A stretch of 32,000 bases of DNA from NCBI RefSeq assembly GCF_000021865.1, contig NC_014034.1:1800001-1832000 (forward strand), given 5' to 3'. The translations under genes and the position numbers were made by a program. Of this stretch, positions 11,547 to 20,455 are shown one piece after another (position 1 is the stretch's first letter; the number at the start of each line of letters is the position of its first letter). The notes under the pieces are model-generated. The model did no database searches and had not been told where the DNA came from. It saw nothing but the letters and a program-made list of their open reading frames with translations. This DNA comes from Rhodobacter capsulatus SB 1003 (lineage in GTDB: Bacteria; Pseudomonadota; Alphaproteobacteria; Rhodobacterales; Rhodobacteraceae).

Positions 11547-12956
11547 ATGAGCGCAGTCAAAAAGGCTCTCGATCTGATGAAGGCGGAGGAGGTCGAATAT
11601 GTCGACATCCGTTTCTGCGACCCGCGTGGCAAGCTGCAGCACGTGACGCTGATCGCCGATCTCGTGGACGAGGACTTCTTCGAGGAAGGCTTCATGTTCG
11701 ATGGCTCGTCGATCGCGGGCTGGAAGTCGATCGACCAGTCGGACATGAAACTGATCCCGGACGCGTCCTCGGTCTACATCGACCCCTTCTATGCCGAAAA
11801 GACCATGTGCGTGCATTGCAACGTGGTCGAGCCGGACACCGGCGAAGCCTATTCGCGCGACCCGCGCGGCATCGCGCTGAAAGCCGAAGCCTATCTGAAG
11901 GCCTCGGGCATCGGTGACGTCGCCTATTTCGGGCCGGAAGCCGAATTCTTCATCTTCGACGACGTGCGCTACTCGGTCACCCCGGCCAAGGTCGCCTATC
12001 AGATCGACGCGGAAGCGGCGGCCTGGAACACCGATGCCGAAGTCGAGATGGGCAACCTCGCCCACCGCGCCGGCCACAAGGGCGGCTACTTCCCGGTGAA
12101 CCCGGTCGATGAAGCCCAGGACCTGCGCGGCGAGATGCTCTCGACGATGAAGCGCATGGGCATGAAGGTCGACAAGCACCACCACGAAGTGGCGACCTGC
12201 CAGCACGAACTCGGGCTGATCTTCGGCGGTCTGACCGAACAGGCTGACAACATCCTGAAATACAAATACGTCATCCACAATGTCGCGCATGCCTATGGCA
12301 AGACCGTGACCTTCATGCCGAAACCCATGAAGGGCGACAACGGCTCGGGGATGCACGTGAACATGTCGATCTGGAAAGACGGGAAACCGCTCTTTGCCGG
12401 GGACAAATATGCGGATCTGTCGCAGGAAGCGCTGTATTTCATCGGCGGTATCCTGAAACACGCGAAAGCGCTGAACGCGCTGACGAACCCGGGCACCAAC
12501 AGCTACAAGCGTCTGATCCCGGGCTTCGAGGCCCCGGTTCTGCGCGCCTATTCGGCCCGCAACCGCTCGGGCTGCGTCCGTATTCCGTGGACCGAGTCGC
12601 CGAAAGCCAAACGCGTCGAAGCCCGCTTCCCCGATCCGTCGGCGAACCCCTATCTGGCCTTTGCCGCGCTGCTGATGGCCGGTCTCGACGGCATCAAGAA
12701 CAAGATCGACCCGGGTCCGGCCTCGGACAAGGACCTCTACGATCTGCCGCCGGAAGAACTGGCCGCGATCCCGACCGTCTGCGGCTCGCTGCGCGAGGCG
12801 CTGACCGAGCTCGAGAAGGATCACGACTTCCTGCTGGCCGGTGACGTCTTCACCAAGGACCAGCTGGAAGGCTATATCGCGCTGAAGTGGGAAGAAGTGT
12901 ATGCCTATGAGCACACCCCCCACCCGGTCGAATATCAGATGTACTATTCCTGCTGA
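11547..12956 (+). CDS. glnA: Glutamine synthetase type I
   Basis: 469 aa from ATG 11547 (the track starts at TTG 11541). An AAGGG SD lies 10 nt upstream. GS-I signatures are present, including the adenylylation-site region [10 protein letters not shown]. Confidence 0.95.
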   Translation: MSAVKKALDLMKAEEVEYVDIRFCDPRGKLQHVTLIADLVDEDFFEEGFMFDGSSIAGWKSIDQSDMKLIPDASSVYIDPFYAEKTMCVHCNVVEPDTGEAYSRDPRGIALKAEAYLKASGIGDVAYFGPEAEFFIFDDVRYSVTPAKVAYQIDAEAAAWNTDAEVEMGNLAHRAGHKGGYFPVNPVDEAQDLRGEMLSTMKRMGMKVDKHHHEVATCQHELGLIFGGLTEQADNILKYKYVIHNVAHAYGKTVTFMPKPMKGDNGSGMHVNMSIWKDGKPLFAGDKYADLSQEALYFIGGILKHAKALNALTNPGTNSYKRLIPGFEAPVLRAYSARNRSGCVRIPWTESPKAKRVEARFPDPSANPYLAFAALLMAGLDGIKNKIDPGPASDKDLYDLPPEELAAIPTVCGSLREALTELEKDHDFLLAGDVFTKDQLEGYIALKWEEVYAYEHTPHPVEYQMYYSC

Positions 12957-12975
12957 TCGGCGGGATGGTTCGGGA

Positions 12976-13004
12976 AAGGGCGCCTTTGGGCGCCCTTTTC
13001 TTTT
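12976..13004 (+). terminator. Rho-independent terminator of glnBA
   Basis: AAGGGCGCC-TTTG-GGCGCCCTT: a perfect 9-bp stem followed by TTCTTTT, 20 nt after the glnA stop. Confidence 0.7.
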
Positions 13005-13028
13005 GCCGGGGTGCGACTGCGACTCTTT

Positions 13029-13079
13029 GCGTATTTGAGCCAAGAAAAAACCCGGCGCTTTTTCTTGGTTCAAATACGC
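13029..13079. repeat. 51-bp palindromic intergenic repeat, copy 2
   Basis: GCGTATTTGAGCCAAGAAAAAACCCGGCGCTTTTTCTTGGTTCAAATACGC, located between the glnA terminator and fabD. Its 3' flank CTCGGGGGTCCGG resembles the copy-3 flank CACGGGGGTGCGG. Confidence 0.85.
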
Positions 13080-13173
13080 CTCGGGGGTCCGGCGGCGCGA
13101 ACGCCCGGCGGCTTCCGGTTGCTCCGGACGCTGCGTCAAGTTAGAGAAGGCCAGATTTGTCAAGGAGGCGGGC

Positions 13174-14103
13174 ATGAGCGTGGCATGGGTGTTCCCCGGT
13201 CAGGGGGCGCAGACTATCGGGATGGGCAAGGCGCTGGCCGAGGCCTATCCGGCGGCGAAGGCGGTCTTTGACGAGGTCGACGCGGCTTTGGGCGAAAAGC
13301 TGAGCGCGCTGATCTGGGAGGGCGAGATCGAGCGGCTGACCCTGACGGCCAATGCGCAGCCGGCGCTGATGGCGACCTCGCTCGCCGCCGTTGCGGCGCT
13401 GAAAGCGGAAGGCATCGAGGTGGGGCAGGCGGCCTTTGTGGCCGGGCACAGCCTTGGGGAATATTCGGCGCTGTGTGCGGCGGGGGCCTTGAGCCTGGCC
13501 GATACGGCGCGGCTTTTGCGCATCCGCGGCGAGGCGATGCAATCGGCGGTGCCGGTGGGCGTGGGCGCGATGGCGGCTTTGCTGGGGCTCGATTTCGCCA
13601 CCGCGGCCGAGGTTGCGGCCGAGGCGGCGCAGGGCGAGGTCTGTCAGGCCGCGAATGACAACGACCCGGCGCAGGTGGTGGTGTCGGGCCACAAGGCGGC
13701 GGTCGAGCGCGCGGTCGAGATCGCCAAGGGCAAGGGCGCGAAGCGGGCGGTGATGCTGCCGGTCTCGGCGCCCTTCCACTGCGCGCTGATGCAGCCCGCC
13801 GCCGACCGGATGGCCGAGGCTTTGGCGGCGGTGACGGTGTCGGCGCCGGTCGTGCCGGTGGTGGCGAATGTGCGCGCCGAGGCCGTGTGCGACCCCGCGA
13901 CCATTCGTCAGCTGCTGGTGGAACAGGTCACCGGATCGGTGCGCTGGCGCGAGTCGGTGCTGTGGATGGTGGGCCAGGGCGTGACCGACTTCTGCGAAGT
14001 GGGCGCGGGCAAGGCGCTGTCGGGGATGATCAAGCGCATCGCCAAGGACACCACGCAAAAGGCTGTCGGCACGCCCGAGGATGTGGCGGCGCTGAAGGGC
14101 TGA
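13174..14103 (+). CDS. fabD: Malonyl-CoA:ACP transacylase
   Basis: 309 aa. FPGQGAQ, active-site GHSLGEYSA, AAGGAGG SD 5 nt upstream. Confidence 0.95.
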   Translation: MSVAWVFPGQGAQTIGMGKALAEAYPAAKAVFDEVDAALGEKLSALIWEGEIERLTLTANAQPALMATSLAAVAALKAEGIEVGQAAFVAGHSLGEYSALCAAGALSLADTARLLRIRGEAMQSAVPVGVGAMAALLGLDFATAAEVAAEAAQGEVCQAANDNDPAQVVVSGHKAAVERAVEIAKGKGAKRAVMLPVSAPFHCALMQPAADRMAEALAAVTVSAPVVPVVANVRAEAVCDPATIRQLLVEQVTGSVRWRESVLWMVGQGVTDFCEVGAGKALSGMIKRIAKDTTQKAVGTPEDVAALKG

Positions 14104-14183
14104 AGAGGCTACGGGCTTTGCGCCCCCAGACCCCCGCAGGATATTTGTGGCAAGATGAATGCCACGTCAGGAAGGGCTTGCAG

Positions 14184-14921
14184 ATGTTTGATCTGACTGG
14201 GAAATCGGCGCTGGTGACGGGCGCTTCGGGCGGCATTGGCGGCGAGGTGGCGAAGGCGCTGCATGCCGCCGGGGCCAAGGTGGCGCTGTCGGGCACGCGG
14301 GTCGAGCCGCTGGAGAAGCTGGCGGCGGAGCTGGGCGAGCGGGCCTTTGTCTGCCCCGCGAACCTCTCGGACCCGGCCTCGGTCGAGGCGCTGCCGAAGG
14401 CGGCCCTCGAGGCGATGGGGTCTGTGGATATCCTTGTGAACAACGCCGGGATCACCCGGGATAACCTGTTCATGCGGATGTCGGACGAGGAATGGGCAAG
14501 CGTGATCGACGTCAACCTGACGGCCTCGTTCCGGCTGATGCGCGGCGTGCTGCGCCCCATGATGAAGGCGCGCTGGGGGCGGATCGTCAATATCACCTCG
14601 GTCGTGGGGCAGACCGGCAACCCGGGGCAGGGCAATTATGCCGCCGCCAAGGCGGGGCTGACCGGCATGTCGAAATCGCTGGCCTATGAAGTCGCAAGCC
14701 GCGGCATCACGGTGAACTGCGTCGCGCCGGGCTTCATCGCCACGGCGATGACCGACAAGCTGAACGACGAGCAGAAGGCGAAGATCCTGACGCAGATCCC
14801 GGCCGGGCGGATGGGCGCGGCCGAGGAGATCGCGGCGGCGGTGCTTTATCTGGCCTCGCCCGAGGCGGGTTATGTCACCGGCACGACGCTGAGCGTCAAC
14901 GGCGGCATGGCGATGATCTGA
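14184..14921 (+). CDS. fabG: 3-oxoacyl-ACP reductase
   Basis: 245 aa from ATG 14184 with GGAAGGG SD. The track ORF 13887-14921 is an upstream in-frame extension overlapping fabD. SDR motifs TGASGGIG, NNAG and YAAAKAG are present. Confidence 0.95.
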   Translation: MFDLTGKSALVTGASGGIGGEVAKALHAAGAKVALSGTRVEPLEKLAAELGERAFVCPANLSDPASVEALPKAALEAMGSVDILVNNAGITRDNLFMRMSDEEWASVIDVNLTASFRLMRGVLRPMMKARWGRIVNITSVVGQTGNPGQGNYAAAKAGLTGMSKSLAYEVASRGITVNCVAPGFIATAMTDKLNDEQKAKILTQIPAGRMGAAEEIAAAVLYLASPEAGYVTGTTLSVNGGMAMI

Positions 14922-14942
14922 GGCCCGCCGGTGTGACGAGTT

Positions 14943-14965
14943 GCCCCTGCCGCAAGGGCAGGGGC
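14943..14965 (+). terminator. GC-rich hairpin after fabG (possible attenuator or RNA-stability element)
   Basis: GCCCCTGCC-GCAAG-GGCAGGGGC: a perfect 9-bp stem with no following T-tract, so it is not a canonical intrinsic terminator. Confidence 0.3.
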
Positions 14966-15124
14966 GAAAGCAAAACGGCTTGCCTTGTGGTTTTACTGTG
15001 ATATGAGCGGCGGGGACGAGCGGGGGCTAGCCTCGGCTCGCGGCAGCCCGGGCAAAACCGGTGTTGAAGCCGCTCGAACGAGCACTGACAGGATGGGTTT
15101 CGGCCCCCTAAACGAGGAAGAAAC

Positions 15125-15358
15125 ATGAGCGACATCGCGGATCGTGTGAAGAAGATCGTCGTGGAGCATCTGGGCGTGGAAGAGGACAAGGTCACCGAGA
15201 CCGCCTCGTTCATCGACGATCTCGGCGCCGACAGCCTTGACACCGTGGAACTGGTGATGGCTTTCGAAGAAGAATTCGGCATCGAGATCCCGGATGACGC
15301 CGCCGAAACCATCCAGACCTTTGGCGATGCGGTGAAATTCATCACCGAAGCCGCCTGA
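15125..15358 (+). CDS. acpP: Acyl carrier protein
   Basis: 77 aa. Phosphopantetheine attachment motif [20 protein letters not shown] upstream. Confidence 0.96.
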   Translation: MSDIADRVKKIVVEHLGVEEDKVTETASFIDDLGADSLDTVELVMAFEEEFGIEIPDDAAETIQTFGDAVKFITEAA

Positions 15359-15384
15359 GGCTTGCAAGCTTTCCGGCTTGACGA

Positions 15385-15413
15385 ACGGCGCCCTTTGGGC
15401 GTCGTTTGCATTT
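15385..15413 (+). terminator. Terminator/attenuator-like hairpin after acpP
   Basis: ACGGCGCCC-TTT-GGGCGTCGT: a 9-bp stem with one G-U pair, followed by the U-rich TTGCATTT. Confidence 0.5.
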
Positions 15414-15424
15414 GGAGGGGCGCG

Positions 15425-15973
15425 ATGCGGGTGTTTTTGGGGATCATGCTGCCCGAGGCGCTTTGGGGCGCGGTGGCGGCGCTGCAGGCGGAGCTGGGCT
15501 GCGGGCGTCCGGTGGCCGGGGAGGCGCTGCATCTGACGCTTTTGTTTCTGGGCGATCTGGAGCTGCCGGAGCTGGAGCGGCTGCACGAGGACATCTCGGC
15601 GCTGCCGGTTGCGCCTTTCGAGGTGGTGCTGGCGGGGCTTGACGTGATCGAGAGCGGCGATCGCGGGCGGGTGCTGGCGCTGAAGCTGCGGCCAAGCCCG
15701 GCGCTGGAGGCGTTGCAGGCGAAGCTGGCGCAGGCGGCGCGGCGGGCGGGGCTGGCGCTGGAGCGGCGGCGGTTTCGGCCGCATGTGACGATTGCGCGGT
15801 TCAATGCGGGGCTGACCGAGACGCAGGCGGCGCGGCTGGGGCATCTGCTGGAAAGCCGGGGCGATGTGGTGCTGCCCGCGTGGCGGGTCGGCGGGTTTTC
15901 GATGCTGCGCTCGCATCTGACGCGGGCGGGGGCGGAGTATGAGGTGCTGGCCGACTATCCCGAGGCGCCCTGA
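15425..15973 (+). CDS. thpR: RNA 2',3'-cyclic phosphodiesterase / 2'-5' RNA ligase family (2H phosphoesterase)
   Basis: 182 aa from ATG 15425 (GGAGGGG SD 4 nt upstream). Two H-x-T/S-x motifs at the canonical spacing: EALHLTLLFLG and FRPHVTIARF. Confidence 0.75.
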   Translation: MRVFLGIMLPEALWGAVAALQAELGCGRPVAGEALHLTLLFLGDLELPELERLHEDISALPVAPFEVVLAGLDVIESGDRGRVLALKLRPSPALEALQAKLAQAARRAGLALERRRFRPHVTIARFNAGLTETQAARLGHLLESRGDVVLPAWRVGGFSMLRSHLTRAGAEYEVLADYPEAP

Positions 15974-16064
15974 CCGGCGAAGTGACGCCTGCGGCGGCGC
16001 TGGACGTTGCACGGCTTTTGCGGCCCGTGTAGAAGCACTTAACGAAACGCGAAAGGGGTTTGCG

Positions 16065-17327
16065 ATGCGTCGGGTTGTCGTCACGGGTCTGGGTCTGGTC
16101 ACGCCGCTGGCTTGCGGGGTCGAGGAAACCTGGTCGCGGCTTCTGGCTGGTCAGTCGGGAGCGGGGCCGATCACGCGCTTTGACGCCGCCAATGTCGTGA
16201 CGAAATACGCCTGCGAAGTGCCGCGCGGCGATGGCTCGGATGGCACCTTCAATCCCGACCACTGGATGGAACCGAAAGAGCAACGCAAGGTGGACGAGTT
16301 CATCCTTTACGGCGTGGCTGCGGCGGTGCAGGCGGTGAAGGATTCCGGCTGGGAGCCCGAGGACGAGGAAGCCCGGTGCCGGACCGGCGTGATGATCGGC
16401 TCGGGCATCGGCGGGTTGCAGACGATTGCCGAAACCGCGGTGCTGATCAAGGAGAAGGGGCCCAAACGCGTCAGCCCGTTCTTCATCCCGGCGGCGCTGA
16501 TCAACCTGGTCTCGGGGCAGGTTTCGATCCGCTTCGGCTTCAAGGGGCCGAACCATGCGGTGGTGACGGCCTGCGCGACCGGCGCCCATGCGATCGGCGA
16601 TGCGGCGCGGCTGATTGCGCTTGGCGATGCCGATGTGATGGTGGCGGGCGGCGCCGAGAACCCGATTTCGGAAATCGGCATTGCCGGGTTCAACGCCTGC
16701 AAGGCGCTCTCGACGAAGCGGGCGGACGACCCCAAGGCGGCAAGCCGCCCCTGGGATGCGGACCGCGACGGTTTCGTGATGGGCGAGGGCGCGGGCTGTG
16801 TCGTGCTGGAAGAATATGAACACGCGAAAGCGCGCGGCGCGAAGATCTATGCCGAGGTGCTGGGCTATGGGCTCTCGGGCGATGCCTATCACATCACCGC
16901 GCCGTCCGAGGATGGCGACGGCGGCTTCCGCGCGATGACGGCGGCGGTGAAGCGCGCGGGGATTGATCCGGGCGAGATTGATTACGTCAATGCGCATGGC
17001 ACCTCGACCATGGCCGACACGATCGAGCTGGGCGCGGTCGAGCGGCTTTTGGGCGATGCGGCCTCGAAGGCGACGATGTCGTCCACGAAATCGGCGATCG
17101 GGCATTTGCTGGGGGCTGCGGGCGCGGTCGAGGCGATCTTCTGCATTCTGGCGATCCGCGATCAGGTGGCGCCGCCGACGCTGAACCTCGACACTCCGGC
17201 GGTGGCGGCGAAGATCGATCTGGCGCCGAAAGTGGCGGTGAAGCGCAAGATCGACGTGGCGATGTCGAACAGCTTCGGCTTTGGCGGTACCAATGCGGCC
17301 TTGATCCTGGGCAAGGTGCGCGGATGA
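16065..17327 (+). CDS. fabF: 3-oxoacyl-ACP synthase II
   Basis: 420 aa from ATG 16065 with AAAGGGG SD (the track ORF starts upstream at 15939). MRRVVVTGLGLVTP, active-site Cys in VVTACATGAHAI, and His motifs NAHGTST and GHLLGAAG. Confidence 0.95.
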   Translation: MRRVVVTGLGLVTPLACGVEETWSRLLAGQSGAGPITRFDAANVVTKYACEVPRGDGSDGTFNPDHWMEPKEQRKVDEFILYGVAAAVQAVKDSGWEPEDEEARCRTGVMIGSGIGGLQTIAETAVLIKEKGPKRVSPFFIPAALINLVSGQVSIRFGFKGPNHAVVTACATGAHAIGDAARLIALGDADVMVAGGAENPISEIGIAGFNACKALSTKRADDPKAASRPWDADRDGFVMGEGAGCVVLEEYEHAKARGAKIYAEVLGYGLSGDAYHITAPSEDGDGGFRAMTAAVKRAGIDPGEIDYVNAHGTSTMADTIELGAVERLLGDAASKATMSSTKSAIGHLLGAAGAVEAIFCILAIRDQVAPPTLNLDTPAVAAKIDLAPKVAVKRKIDVAMSNSFGFGGTNAALILGKVRG

Positions 17328-18496
17328 TGTGGCGCAACATCGTCTCCAACTTCCTCACCTTGTTGATTGTTCTGATGGTTGTGTTGGGGGGGGTGGTGAC
17401 CTGGGCGAAGCGTCAGTATGACGGGCCCGGTCCGCTCATGGCGGGGATGTGTCTGCGCGTCGAGCCCGGTGCGAAGTTTCGCGACATCTCGGAAACGCTG
17501 AAGGAAAAGGGCGCGATTTCATCGGCTTATATCTTTCGTGCCGGGGCCGATTACGACAAGAAGGCGGGCAAGCTGAAGGTGGGGTCCTATCTGATCGCAC
17601 CGGGGGCCTCGATGGCGGGGATTGTCGATCAGATCACCGCGGGCGGCCCCTCGAGCTGCGGCACCGAGCTGAATTACCGCATCGGGGTGAATGGCCAGCA
17701 GATGATCCTGCGCGCGCTGGACCCGGCGGTGGGGGACTATGTCGAGACGGCGAAATTCGATCCGAAGCTGGAGCCGGCGCCTGCGGGCTTTGCCGAGCAG
17801 GTGGCGCAATCGGATGTGCGGCTGCGGGTGACCTTGGCCGAGGGCGTGACCAGCTGGCAGGTGGTCGAGGCGCTGAAATCGGCGGATTTCCTGACAGGCG
17901 AGGTGGCGAAGCTGCCGCCCGAGGGGAGCCTTTCGCCCGACAGCTACGAGATGAAGCGGGGCGCGAAGCGGGCCGATCTGATCGCCGAGATGACCGAGCG
18001 ACAAAAGGCGGTTCTGGCCGAGTCCTGGGCGGCGCGCGCGCCGGGGCTGCCCTACAAGACGCCCGAGGAGGCGCTGGTGATGGCCTCGCTCGTGGAAAAG
18101 GAAACCGGCGTCGCCGCGGAGCGCGCCCGGGTGGCGAGCGTCTTTGTCAACCGGCTGGCGCAGGGGATGCGGCTGCAGACCGATCCGGCGGTGATTTACG
18201 GCGTGACCAAGGGGCAGGGCGTGCTGGGGCGCGGTTTGCGGCAATCGGAGCTGCGGCGCGAGACGCCCTATAACACCTATGTCATCGACGGGCTGCCGCC
18301 GGGGCCGATCTGCAACCCCGGGACGCAGGCGATCCGCGCGGCGCTGAACCCTGATTCGACGAAGTTCCTGTATTTCGTGGCGGACGGCACCGGCGGGCAT
18401 GCTTTTGCCGAGACGATCACCGAGCATAACCGGAACGTCGCGCGCTGGCGGGAGATCGAGAAGACCCAAAAGCAGGGCGCAAGCGACGGAAACTGA
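17324..18496 (+). CDS. mltG: Endolytic murein transglycosylase MltG (YceG-like)
   Basis: 390 aa. ATGA overlap with fabF. N-terminal TM helix FLTLLIVLMVVLGGVV. YceG signatures ASLVEKETG, LQTDPAVIYG and YNTYVIDGLPPGPICNPG. Confidence 0.85.
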   Translation: MMWRNIVSNFLTLLIVLMVVLGGVVTWAKRQYDGPGPLMAGMCLRVEPGAKFRDISETLKEKGAISSAYIFRAGADYDKKAGKLKVGSYLIAPGASMAGIVDQITAGGPSSCGTELNYRIGVNGQQMILRALDPAVGDYVETAKFDPKLEPAPAGFAEQVAQSDVRLRVTLAEGVTSWQVVEALKSADFLTGEVAKLPPEGSLSPDSYEMKRGAKRADLIAEMTERQKAVLAESWAARAPGLPYKTPEEALVMASLVEKETGVAAERARVASVFVNRLAQGMRLQTDPAVIYGVTKGQGVLGRGLRQSELRRETPYNTYVIDGLPPGPICNPGTQAIRAALNPDSTKFLYFVADGTGGHAFAETITEHNRNVARWREIEKTQKQGASDGN

Positions 18497-18499
18497 AGG

Positions 18500-18532
18500 A
18501 AAACCCCGGCTTCGTCCGGGGTTTTTTCTTTT
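18500..18532 (+). terminator. Rho-independent terminator ending the fab-mltG unit; left boundary of the GTA locus
   Basis: AAAACCCCGG-CTTCGT-CCGGGGTTTT followed by TTCTTTT, starting 4 nt after the mltG stop. Confidence 0.8.
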
Positions 18533-18559
18533 CAGCGGGTGCAACCCTGAATATAGCAC

Positions 18560-18588
18560 TTGACTTTGCGAACGCTTCAAGGTAGAGA
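18560..18588 (+). promoter_or_regulatory. Candidate sigma-70-type promoter of the GTA cluster
   Basis: TTGACT (18560-18565), a 17-nt spacer, then TAGAGA (18583-18588), inside a locally AT-richer island (18548-18600). The -10 is weak, which is compatible with activator dependence. Motif inspection only. Confidence 0.3.
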
Positions 18589-18688
18589 TAAGGCATGCTA
18601 GGAGAGGTGGGCAAGCGCCGCGGGTGACCGTGTGCGCTTTTTTCATTTCGCTCGTGCGGACAGGCATGAGAGGCGGGTCACGCAAGAC

Positions 18689-19012
18689 ATGGACATGGGG
18701 TTCAAGGGTGGGGACGCTCCTCCGGTGGATTTGCTGGAGGAGACGGAGGAGCTTTATCGGGAAATTGCCGGGGAACTGGCCCTGGCGATGAAAGGGGTTC
18801 GCCAGGGCGAGGCGAAGGAGGCCAAGGCCGCCGCGCAGGCGGTCAAGGACCTTCGCGCGGCGTTCCAGATGGTGATGGAAGAAAGGGTGCGTGTTGAAAA
18901 ACTTCGCAGACAAGTTGCCGGTGTCGGAGCCGGAAGCGAGCTTGACCTGGACGCCGCCCGGGCTGAGATCGGGCGCCGCCTGGCTTGCCTGCGCGACGCC
19001 GCAGGAGGTTGA
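18689..19012 (+). CDS. g1: GTA g1, small terminase-like protein
   Basis: The track ORF starts at GTG 18632. I prefer ATG 18689 (MDMGFKGGDAPPVDLLEETEELYREI...), giving 107 aa. It is a small, helical, charged protein directly upstream of and overlapping TerL, which is the TerS position. The start is uncertain (18632, 18689 or 18695). Confidence 0.6.
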   Translation: MDMGFKGGDAPPVDLLEETEELYREIAGELALAMKGVRQGEAKEAKAAAQAVKDLRAAFQMVMEERVRVEKLRRQVAGVGAGSELDLDAARAEIGRRLACLRDAAGG

Positions 19013-20309
19013 CGCCTTTCTGGGGGGGCTTGGGAACAATGCGCTTTTGGCGCTGCCCTGGATTTTCGAATTCTGGGCGCTGCCGCATCAGCTGCCCCCG
19101 GTGGGGGCGTGGAAAAGCTGGGTGATCATGGGCGGGCGCGGCGCGGGCAAGACCCGGGCCGGGGCGGAATGGGTGCGGATGCAGGTCGAGGGGGCGGGTC
19201 CGGCCGATGCCGGGCCCGCGCATCGGGTGGCGCTGGTGGGCGAGACCTTTGATCAGGTGCGCGACGTGATGATTTTCGGCGAGAGCGGGATTTTGGCCTG
19301 TTCTCCGCCGGACCGGCGCCCGGAGTGGGAGGCGACGAAGCGGCGGCTGGTCTGGGCGAATGGCGCGACGGCGCAGGCCTATTCGGCGCAGGAGCCCGAG
19401 GCGCTGCGCGGGCCGCAATTCGACGCCGCCTGGGTCGACGAGCTGGCGAAATGGAGACGGGCCGAGGAGACCTGGGACATGCTGCAATTCGCGCTGCGGC
19501 TGGGCAAGCATCCGCAGCAGGTGATCACCACGACGCCGCGCAATGTGGGGGTGCTGAAGGCGATCCTCAACAACCCCTCGACGGTGGTGACGCATGCGCC
19601 GACCGAGGCGAACCGGGCCTATCTGGCGGAAAGCTTCCTGGCCGAGGTGCAGGCGCGCTATGCGGGCACGCGGCTGGGGCGGCAGGAGCTGGAGGGGGTT
19701 CTGCTGGAGGATGTCGAGGGGGCGCTTTGGACGACGGCGCAGCTGGAGGGGCTGCGGCTGGCGTCGCCGCCTGCGATGGACCGGGTGGTGGTAGCGCTCG
19801 ATCCGGCGGTGACGGGCGGCGCGGGGTCGGATGAATGCGGGATCGTCGTGGCGGGGGCTGTGACGCGCGGGCCGGTGCAGGACTGGCGGGCCTTTGTGCT
19901 CGAAGATGCCTCGGTCCGGGGGCGGCCGACCGACTGGGCGCGGGCGGCGATTGCGGCGATGGAGCGCTGGGGCGCCGAGAAGCTGGTGGCCGAGGTCAAT
20001 CAGGGCGGCGAGATGGTCGAAAGCGTGCTGCGCCAGATCGATCCGCTGGTGCCGTTCAAGGCGCTGCGGGCGTCGCGGGGGAAATCGGCGCGGGCCGAGC
20101 CGGTCGCCGCTTTGTATGAGCAGGGCCGGGTGAAGCATTGCCGCGACGGGCGGCTGGGCGCCCTGGAGGATCAGATGTGCCGCATGACGGTGCGAGGCTA
20201 TGCGGGCAAGGGCTCGCCCGACCGGGTCGATGCGCTGGTCTGGGCGATGACGGAATTGATGATCGAGCCCGCGGCGCATTGGCGGAGGCCGCAGGTGCGC
20301 GGGCTTTGA
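18891..20309 (+). CDS. g2: GTA g2, large terminase subunit
   Basis: 472 aa. Walker A VIMGGRGAGKTRAG, Walker B-like AWVDELAKW, C-terminal nuclease fold region. There is no in-frame ATG upstream of Walker A, so initiation is at GTG 18891 or TTG 18894, where a GAAAGGG SD-like run lies at 18881-18887. It overlaps g1 by 122 nt. Confidence 0.85.
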   Translation: MLKNFADKLPVSEPEASLTWTPPGLRSGAAWLACATPQEVDAFLGGLGNNALLALPWIFEFWALPHQLPPVGAWKSWVIMGGRGAGKTRAGAEWVRMQVEGAGPADAGPAHRVALVGETFDQVRDVMIFGESGILACSPPDRRPEWEATKRRLVWANGATAQAYSAQEPEALRGPQFDAAWVDELAKWRRAEETWDMLQFALRLGKHPQQVITTTPRNVGVLKAILNNPSTVVTHAPTEANRAYLAESFLAEVQARYAGTRLGRQELEGVLLEDVEGALWTTAQLEGLRLASPPAMDRVVVALDPAVTGGAGSDECGIVVAGAVTRGPVQDWRAFVLEDASVRGRPTDWARAAIAAMERWGAEKLVAEVNQGGEMVESVLRQIDPLVPFKALRASRGKSARAEPVAALYEQGRVKHCRDGRLGALEDQMCRMTVRGYAGKGSPDRVDALVWAMTELMIEPAAHWRRPQVRGL

Positions 20310-20319
20310 GCGCGCAAGG

Positions 20320-20370
20320 GCGTATTTGGACCAGGAAAAAGCTGCGTGTTTTTTCTTGGTGAAAATACGC
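20320..20370. repeat. 51-bp palindromic intergenic repeat, copy 3 (inside the GTA operon, g2-g3 spacer)
   Basis: GCGTATTTGGACCAGGAAAAAGCTGCGTGTTTTTTCTTGGTGAAAATACGC, starting 10 nt after the g2 stop. The A-to-G change in the left arm (CCAGG versus CCAAG) still pairs as G-U with the right arm. Confidence 0.85.
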
Positions 20371-20423
20371 CACGGGGGTGCGGGGGTGTGAAACCCCCGC
20401 TTCTGCCGCGGAAATCTGGTCGA

Positions 20424-20455
20424 AAGGGTCGGGGTTTTCCCGGCCCTTTTTCTTT
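20424..20455 (+). terminator. Intrinsic-terminator-like hairpin between g2 and g3
   Basis: AAGGGTCGGG-GTTTT-CCCGGCCCTT: a 10-bp stem with one G-U pair, followed by TTTTCTTT. It is preceded by a second hairpin, GCGGGGG-N7-CCCCCGC (20380-20400). Confidence 0.5.

Noticed and set aside
18632-18688. GTG 18632 as the g1 start (track ORF, 126 aa, MRFFHFARADRHERRVTQD...).
   Set aside because: No SD lies at suitable spacing; AGGAGAGG is 24 nt upstream. The extra residues run through a T6 tract and look non-protein-like. ATG 18689 is more plausible, but this is unresolved without experimental data.
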